Assembly (NCBI GenBank): GCA_963770565.1
Contig: CAVYQE010000001.1
Location: forward strand, 448,001 to 512,000
Length of the DNA: 64,000 nucleotides
From: an uncultured Actinomycetota bacterium
Lineage (GTDB): Bacteria > Actinomycetota > Actinomycetes > JAFAQI01
Reading direction: 5' to 3'
In this document: positions 58,027-64,000 of the stretch, one piece after another
Layout of the letters: each line of letters starts with the position of its first letter
Numbering within the stretch: the stretch's first letter is position 1
Notes under the pieces: generated by a model
What the model saw: only the letters and a program-made list of their open reading frames with translations
Told to the model about the DNA's origin: nothing
Database searches by the model: none
Program-made: the position numbers and the translations under genes

Positions 58027-59340
58027 GTGCGTACCTGCGGGCAGTGCGGCGCCGTTACGCCGCCTTCGGCTGCCTGGTGCGGCCAGTGCTACCTGCCCTT
58101 CCAGGCCGCGGTGCCGGTGATGTCGTACGCCAGGGTGGCTGCGGGGGTCGCCGCCGGTCCCGCTGTTTGGCCGGCCCCGCCGGTCGTCGCGCCACGTCCT
58201 GGCTGGGCGCCCGCGCCGCTGGCCGCGCGCTACACCGAGGCCGAGGCACGGCGCGACGGACGCCTGCTCGACCACCGGGCGCTGGTGCTGGTCGTCGCGG
58301 CTATCGGTCTGGGCGGGCTCATCCAGCTGGTGGCCGTGGCGCTGTCGCACATCACGTCGATCGAGCCGGAAGCCTTGATCCGGTACGACATCGTGCTGAC
58401 CGTCGGCATGTACGCGATCGTCGCCGCGATGATCGTCAGCCAGATCACGCCGTCGGTGCGACTCCGCTGGGGTGAGGGCGCACTCGCCGGTCGAATCGGT
58501 CTAGGCGCTTGCGTCGGCGTGGGCATCAGCCTGGCTTTGCTCGGGCTGGTGTACGTGATTGCCGGTCACGTGCAATCCGATCCGCGGATCGTCCTGTTGA
58601 TGAGCGAGGGCGACCCCACGCACATCATCGCGACCGTCTTCATCGGCTGCGTTGCAGCGCCGCTGGTCGAGGAGACCTTGTTTCGCGGGTTGCTGCTCGA
58701 GTCGCTGCGGCCCCGCGGCAAGGCGGTCGCCGTCGTTGGATCAGCCGGTGCCTTTGCGGTCTGGCACTTCATGCCGGCCTCGCTGATCTACTACGCCGCG
58801 CTGGGTGCGGTGCTCGGCGGGCTGTATCTCAAGCGCGGGCTGGCCTGTTCGATCGCGGCACACGTCGGATTCAACGCGGTGCTGACGGTGGCGGCCATCT
58901 CGATCGTGCTCGGACCGGCCCGCACGATCGAGGTGGGCGGGCTGAACCTGACCGCGCCGAGTGGCTGGTCGGTTGCGTCGATGTCGGCGGGGGAGACGTT
59001 CCCGGGCGTGGGGATGCTGCTCGGTCCCGATGATGCCCAGCTGGAGGTCGTTCACGCGCAGGTCGCCCGGCAGTTGAGTCCCGACGAGGTGGCGACCCGG
59101 TTGCGGAGCGGGACGCTGGCGCTGCCGCCCGGACTGGAGCTTGACTCGAGCTCGGTCACCGAGACGTCGTCGCCAGCCGGCGAGGTGGTCGAGGACGGCC
59201 TCACCGTCGAGGGACGGCAGGGCGAGGTCGCGTTCCTGCAGGCCGGTGGCCAGGGCTATGAGCTGGTGTTTCTCAGTGCCGGGAGCAATCGGGCTCAGCG
59301 GGACTTCCAGGCCATGCTCGGCTCGCTCCAGGTCGCCTGA
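58027..59340 (+). CDS. CPBP/Abi intramembrane metalloprotease with N-terminal zinc ribbon and C-terminal extracellular domain
   Basis: C..CG......A.WCGQC; EETLFRG, FAVWH, H..FN. Confidence 0.85.
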   Translation: MRTCGQCGAVTPPSAAWCGQCYLPFQAAVPVMSYARVAAGVAAGPAVWPAPPVVAPRPGWAPAPLAARYTEAEARRDGRLLDHRALVLVVAAIGLGGLIQLVAVALSHITSIEPEALIRYDIVLTVGMYAIVAAMIVSQITPSVRLRWGEGALAGRIGLGACVGVGISLALLGLVYVIAGHVQSDPRIVLLMSEGDPTHIIATVFIGCVAAPLVEETLFRGLLLESLRPRGKAVAVVGSAGAFAVWHFMPASLIYYAALGAVLGGLYLKRGLACSIAAHVGFNAVLTVAAISIVLGPARTIEVGGLNLTAPSGWSVASMSAGETFPGVGMLLGPDDAQLEVVHAQVARQLSPDEVATRLRSGTLALPPGLELDSSSVTETSSPAGEVVEDGLTVEGRQGEVAFLQAGGQGYELVFLSAGSNRAQRDFQAMLGSLQVA

Positions 59341-59405
59341 TTCCCGACTGCGAAAACCAGGTCGAACCGTGGCCGCGCGTCACCCGCACGGCCACGGCCG
59401 AGCCG

Positions 59406-60038
59406 TTAGTGCGTGCGGAGCTTCAGCTTCAGCTTCTCGCCGACCCGGATGACGCCGGGGTCGGCCCCGATCACGTGCCGGTTGTCGCGATAAATCGCGT
59501 GCCACCCTCCTTTGACATCGTGGCGGCGCGCGATCTCGGCGAGGGTGTCACCGTGCTTGACGGTGTAGTGCACCCAGGTGCCGTGCTGGTGCGTGCCCTT
59601 GGCGTCGTGGTGGTGGCGGCCGGTGTGACGGTGGGCCGCGCGCAGCTCAGGGGTGCTCGGCCCGGGCGCTCCGGCGTACTGCGAGCACACCGGCCAGGCG
59701 TGCCAGCCCTGCCGCTTGAGAACGCGGTTGGCGACATCCATCTGCTGCGCCTTGGTGGCGAGGTCGGCGCGGCTGGCGTAGTTGTCGACGTCGAACGACG
59801 TCCACGTCGAAGCGGAGAACTGCAGGCCGCCGTAGTAGCCGTTGCCGGTGTCGATGTGCCAGCGGTCGCCGGACTCGCAGTTCGCGACCCGCTCCCACTG
59901 GACGTTGGTCGCCGCGTGCGCGGCGGCCGGGCTGAGGATGGATGCTGCGATCGTGCCGGCCCCGATGGCACTGGCGGCGGTCAGCCGGCCGGCGTTCGAG
60001 GGTTTGCGATGACGGCCCCGTTTTTGGGCGTGGCGCAT
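59406..60038 (-). CDS. rpf: Resuscitation-promoting factor with LysM domain
   Basis: WERVANCESG..W.I.TGNGYYGGLQF..STW, QGW.AWPVC; YTVKHGDTLAEIA. Confidence 0.93.
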   Translation of the reverse strand: MRHAQKRGRHRKPSNAGRLTAASAIGAGTIAASILSPAAAHAATNVQWERVANCESGDRWHIDTGNGYYGGLQFSASTWTSFDVDNYASRADLATKAQQMDVANRVLKRQGWHAWPVCSQYAGAPGPSTPELRAAHRHTGRHHHDAKGTHQHGTWVHYTVKHGDTLAEIARRHDVKGGWHAIYRDNRHVIGADPGVIRVGEKLKLKLRTH

Positions 60039-60055
60039 TGAAGGGTCCCTTCCCT

Positions 60056-60220
60056 GCGCCTACGAAGTGAGCTGACGGGTTCGGGCTGGAAGGTGCCCGG
60101 CCGGCCCTGGTTCGGCCGACTTAACCCCATGCGTGCGGTGTCGGAATCGACGCCGTCCGCGGTGGGTCCCCCGCTCCTGCCGTGAGGTTCTGATCGCTAC
60201 GGCCGGCAGGACTCGGCGCA
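60056..60220 (-). ncRNA. Cyclic di-AMP riboswitch upstream of rpf
   Basis: Reverse complement reads GCCGAGTCCTGCC...GGGGGACCC...GGGGTTAAGTC...CTTCCAGCCCGAACCCGTCAGCTCACTTCGTAGGC. Confidence 0.88.
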
Positions 60221-60278
60221 CCGTAGTGGTCTCAAGCGTTTGCTGTGAGCAAGCGCCAGGCTAGTCAACTAAGCGTTG

Positions 60279-61739
60279 CTAAGCCAAATCCGCAGGTCGG
60301 ATCGCGTGTCGGGCGCTTGCAACAGCTAGCACTACGAGGAGAGCGATCAGCAGGACCGGTGACACGACGTCGCGCATCCCGAACGCCACCGTGTGCATCG
60401 CCCCGTGCAGCGTGACGGCAGCCCGGCCGGGGATATACGCGAGGGACAGTACGGCGGTATGTGCGAGCAGCAGCAGGTCGAGCCGGCTCGCGGCCAGCAG
60501 CGGGATCAGCACCCAGGGGACCGCGTCGTACCAGGGCAGTGAGTACGGCGCGGACAGGACGTAGCCGAGCGAAAGCGCGAAGGCGAGGGCAGCCGGTGCC
60601 CCGCTCCTGACCTCGGCGTTGACCCGTTGGAGTGCGTACACGATTGCGACAAATAGGACAATAGCGAGGGCGCCGATCAGCTGCCTCGAGGCGCCGTGGC
60701 CGAAGGCCGGGTCGGTCAGGTCGGCGAGCGGGCGCCAGGGGGTCGCGAGCGAGACCTGGTGGGAGGCGCGGCCGAGCGCCCGCAGCGCGCCGAGGCCGGC
60801 GAACCCGTAGCCGATGCCCACCACCGCGGCGGCGCCCACTGTGACCTCGATCAGCGAGCGCCGCGACCGGCGGGCGGCCCAGACCAGCGCGATCCAGACC
60901 AGCCCGGCGGGTGCCTTGACCGAGGCGGCGACGGCAGCCAGCACGCCCGCGGCGAGGCGGCTGCGGGCCGCGACCGCGATCGCCGCCAGCACCCCGACCG
61001 CCGCGATGACGTCGAGATGGGCGCCGGCGACTAGCTGAAGCCACATCAGCGGATTGGCGGTCCACAGCAGGGCACTGCGAAGCCGCCCGGGCTCGGTACG
61101 GGCGATCCGCTGCAGCAGGAGTGCGGCGGCGATGAAGGCGGCGGATCCGACCAGGTCGAGCAAGAGGACCGTGACCGCGATGTCGGTGCCGGCCAGCTGC
61201 GAGGCGGCCGCCTGCTCGGCGGTGGCGACCGGCCCGTAGACCGAAGGGGTGTGCTGCCAGGGCACCTCGACTGCCCGCTCGACCGGGTCGGAGGCGGCCA
61301 GCTGGGACGGCTTGGTGGTCCAGGGGTCGTGGCCGGTGGCGACCATCCGGCCGTAGGCGGCGTAGGACAGCGGGTCGGCCGAGCCGATCGGCGCCAGCAG
61401 GCCGAGCGCGGTGGCGGCCAGGATCCCCCCGACGACCAGCCGGCGCGGGTCGGGCCGCCAGCGGCCGCTGAGCCCGAGTGCGACGGCGGCAACGCCCGAG
61501 ACGATCGCGATCGCGAGCAGCGCGGTGACGAGCCACGGCGACGGCGAGGCGGCGACGTGCCATGGCGGGGTGGCGCCGTTGTCATGGACGCCGAGCGGTG
61601 CTTCGGCAGCGCTCGGTCCGAGCAGCTGCGTGGTCGCGATCGCGACGAAGCTGAGCGCGAGCAGGGCGGGTCCGGCGTACCGGACCGAGGCATCGGAGCG
61701 ATCGGATGGCAGGGCTGGTGGCTCCGCCCGGCTGGCGAT
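60279..61739 (-). CDS. GT-C membrane glycosyltransferase (MptB-like mannosyltransferase)
   Basis: GSADPLSYAAYGR, SVYGP, WTANPL, GAHLD, LPWYD; frame stays open and hydrophobic to 61739 (ATC, 6 nt after GGAGG). Confidence 0.78.
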   Translation of the reverse strand: MASRAEPPALPSDRSDASVRYAGPALLALSFVAIATTQLLGPSAAEAPLGVHDNGATPPWHVAASPSPWLVTALLAIAIVSGVAAVALGLSGRWRPDPRRLVVGGILAATALGLLAPIGSADPLSYAAYGRMVATGHDPWTTKPSQLAASDPVERAVEVPWQHTPSVYGPVATAEQAAASQLAGTDIAVTVLLLDLVGSAAFIAAALLLQRIARTEPGRLRSALLWTANPLMWLQLVAGAHLDVIAAVGVLAAIAVAARSRLAAGVLAAVAASVKAPAGLVWIALVWAARRSRRSLIEVTVGAAAVVGIGYGFAGLGALRALGRASHQVSLATPWRPLADLTDPAFGHGASRQLIGALAIVLFVAIVYALQRVNAEVRSGAPAALAFALSLGYVLSAPYSLPWYDAVPWVLIPLLAASRLDLLLLAHTAVLSLAYIPGRAAVTLHGAMHTVAFGMRDVVSPVLLIALLVVLAVASARHAIRPADLA

Positions 61740-61778
61740 CGCAGGCCTCCAAGTCGGGGATGTCGGCGGGCGATGACC

Positions 61779-61867
61779 TGGCGGAGGATGCGAGATTCGA
61801 ACTCGCGAGGGGTTGCCCCCAACACGCTTTCCAAGCGTGCGCCATAGGCCAACTAGGCGAATCCTCC
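61779..61867 (-). tRNA. tRNA-Ser(GGA)
   Basis: Reverse complement GGAGGAT...CTTGGAAAG...long variable arm...GTTCGAATC...ATCCTCCGCCA. Confidence 0.95.
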
Positions 61868-61896
61868 GTCGCGGAGTCTATCGAAACCCGCCGTGT

Positions 61897-61983
61897 CCCA
61901 AGCAATGTCACATTGCCCCGCACTTCGTGGGGGCAATGTGACACCACCCCCACGAATCCCGGGGCAATGTGACATCGCTTGGG
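61897..61983. repeat. REP/MITE-like inverted repeat
   Basis: 24-bp arms with 1 mismatch, cccaagcaatgtcacattgccccg / cggggcaatgtgacatcgcttggg, plus an internal ggggcaatgtgaca copy. Confidence 0.75.
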
Positions 61984-62044
61984 GGTGTTGGGGTGGGTGC
62001 GCGGGCCTGGCCGGGTGTCGGCGGGCGCGGCTACAGTGGGCGCC

Positions 62045-62132
62045 GACCCCTCGTGCGGCGTTATCCCGCCCAACTCCCCCAGGGCCGGAAGGCAGCAAGG
62101 GTAAGCGGGCTCTGGCGGGTGTGCGAGGGGTC
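62045..62132 (+). ncRNA. ffs: Signal recognition particle RNA (small type)
   Basis: Terminal stem gacccctcg/cgaggggtc; core CAGGGCCGGAAGGCAGCAAGG; lies just before dnaX. Confidence 0.9.
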
Positions 62133-62158
62133 CTCGTTTTGGGTGTGGAGGCCGCTCG

Positions 62159-64000
62159 ATGTCGTTGGCGCTGTACCGGAAATACCGGCCTGGCACGTTC
62201 GCCGAGGTGATCGGGCAGGAGCACGTCACCGAGCCGCTGTGCCGGGCGCTCGAGTCCGGGCGGATCCACCACGCGTACCTGTTCAGTGGGCCGCGGGGCT
62301 GCGGTAAGACCTCCAGTGCGCGGATCCTGGCCCGCTCGCTCAACTGCGAGAAGGGCCCGACGCCCACTCCGTGCGGGGTCTGCGACTCGTGCGTCGCGCT
62401 CGCCCCAAACGGCCCGGGATCGCTCGATGTGATCGAGATTGACGCGGCCTCGCACGGTCTCGTGGACGACGCCCGCGACCTGCGGGAGCGGGCCTTCTTC
62501 GCGCCGGTCTCCTCGCGGTTCAAGATCTACGTGATCGACGAGGCGCACATGATCACGACCGCTGCGTTCAACGCGTTGCTCAAGGTGGTTGAGGAGCCGC
62601 CGCCGCACGTGAAGTTCATCTTCGCGACGACCGAGCCGGACAAGGTCCTCGTGACGATCAAGTCACGCACCTTCCACTACCGCTTCCGGCTGATCCCGCC
62701 GCAGGTCATGCGCGAGGACCTGGCCCGGCTCTGCGAGCGCGAGGGCATCACGATCGAGCCGGCCGTCCTGCCACTGATCGTGCGGGCCGGCGCCGGGTCG
62801 GCGCGCGACGCGCAGTCGATCCTGGACCAGCTGGCCGCCGGGTCTGGCGACGCCGGGATCAGCTACGACCGGGCGCTTTCGTTGCTCGGCTACACCGACG
62901 CGGCGCTGCTCGAGGAGGTGGTCGGGGCGTTCGCGGCGGGCGACGGCGCGGCAGTCTTCCAGGCGGTCGACCGGGTCATTGACGCCGGCATCGAGCCGCG
63001 CCGATTCGCGCAGGACCTGCTCGAGCGCTTCCGCGACCTGCTCGTGCTCGACGCCGTACCCAATGCCGCCGACAAGGGACTGATCGACGCACCCGCCGAC
63101 CAGCTCGACCGGATGCACGCCCAGGCCGCGCACTACGGCCGCCCGTCGCTGTCCCGCGCCGCCGATGTCATGGCACAGGCACTCGTGGACATGCGGGGTA
63201 CGACGTCGCCGCGGCTGGTCCTGGAGCTGGCCTGCGCGCGGGTGCTCCTGCCGGGCGCGGCCGACGACACCGCCGCCCTGCTGGCCCGCCTCGACGCCTT
63301 CGAGCGGCGCCTCGGTGCCACCGGCGCCGCGGTGCCGCTTGTGGCTGACCTCCCGGCCGCCGAGCCGGCGGCCCCCGCGCCGAAGGTTTCGGCGCCGAGC
63401 GATGTGCCGGCCGAGACTGCCGCACCGCCGGCCGAGGTCACCGAACGACCTGGCCTGGCGGCGCCCGACACTGAGCGGACCGAGCCGGCTGCGGCCGACG
63501 GCATGCCGGCCGAGCCGAGCGCCCCGACCGTGCCGGGCCGGATCGACCTGGTCGCGCTGGAACGGCTGTGGGACCCGGTCCTCGACGCGGTCAAGAAGCG
63601 CAGCCGCACCGCGCACGCGCTGATGTTCTCGGCCGAAATCGAGTCGCTGGAAGGCAAGACGCTGACCCTGACCTTCCAGACCCCGACGCTGGCGACCCGG
63701 TTCGCCAACGACGTGTCCGACTTCGTCGTCGAGGCGTTGAAGGAGGTGCTGGGGGTCGATCTCGTCGTCCGCACCACGCATGCCGCCAGATCAGCACCCC
63801 CGCCGCCCGATGACCCGCCGTCGGCGGCCGAGCCCTCGACCGGACCGTCCTCCGGCCCGCCGGCCGGCCCGGCGAGCCCGTCGACACCAGAACCGCCCGG
63901 CGGTCGGTTGAGCGGGCCGGCGTCCGGCTCGGTGGCCGCCGGCGAGCCGCAGCCCGAGGATCTCGACGAGATGGGTGACATCGAGTCTTCGACCACGGTC
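62159..64000 (+). CDS. dnaX: DNA polymerase III subunit gamma/tau (runs off window; absent from ORF track)
   Basis: MSLALYRKYRPGTFAEVIGQEHV, SGPRGCGKTS, EIDAAS, IDEAHM, NALLK..EEPP. Confidence 0.95.
   Translation, partial: MSLALYRKYRPGTFAEVIGQEHVTEPLCRALESGRIHHAYLFSGPRGCGKTSSARILARSLNCEKGPTPTPCGVCDSCVALAPNGPGSLDVIEIDAASHGLVDDARDLRERAFFAPVSSRFKIYVIDEAHMITTAAFNALLKVVEEPPPHVKFIFATTEPDKVLVTIKSRTFHYRFRLIPPQVMREDLARLCEREGITIEPAVLPLIVRAGAGSARDAQSILDQLAAGSGDAGISYDRALSLLGYTDAALLEEVVGAFAAGDGAAVFQAVDRVIDAGIEPRRFAQDLLERFRDLLVLDAVPNAADKGLIDAPADQLDRMHAQAAHYGRPSLSRAADVMAQALVDMRGTTSPRLVLELACARVLLPGAADDTAALLARLDAFERRLGATGAAVPLVADLPAAEPAAPAPKVSAPSDVPAETAAPPAEVTERPGLAAPDTERTEPAAADGMPAEPSAPTVPGRIDLVALERLWDPVLDAVKKRSRTAHALMFSAEIESLEGKTLTLTFQTPTLATRFANDVSDFVVEALKEVLGVDLVVRTTHAARSAPPPPDDPPSAAEPSTGPSSGPPAGPASPSTPEPPGGRLSGPASGSVAAGEPQPEDLDEMGDIESSTTV

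Noticed and set aside
51140-61867. Integrative element between the two tRNA-Ser genes
   Set aside because: No integrase and no duplicated tRNA 3' end seen; the gacctgg-tttt-like motifs near 51243 and 59350 are too short and imperfect to call att sites

Overview
High-GC actinobacterial chromosome segment ending at the conserved tRNA-Ser / SRP RNA / dnaX locus. The flanks carry mostly recognisable genes: an S53 protease, dCTP deaminase, a large LuxR regulator, MFS/TetR, dipZ, ppk2, amt, sir/cysH/sirB, tadA, tdh-kbl-fhs, a glycosylation cassette, rpf, two c-di-AMP riboswitches and two tRNA-Ser genes. The best candidate for an undescribed system is a ~18.5 kb block (17.4-35.9 kb). In it a Pst-like ABC transporter (pstB, pstC, pstA) is encoded with three atypical non-lipoprotein PstS-fold proteins, a sortase-fold protein lacking its catalytic His and Cys, two WxL-like proteins, a DUF916/WxLIP-like partner, a lytic transglycosylase, and three proteins sharing a ~150-160 aa domain I cannot name. 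Several of its promoters, and those of the nearby ppk2 and phosphoesterase genes, carry 11-nt-periodic G(T/G)TCAY repeats resembling PHO boxes. I infer a phosphate-starvation-induced, non-covalently assembled cell-surface apparatus. All family calls come from motif recognition by eye; no database search or computation was run.
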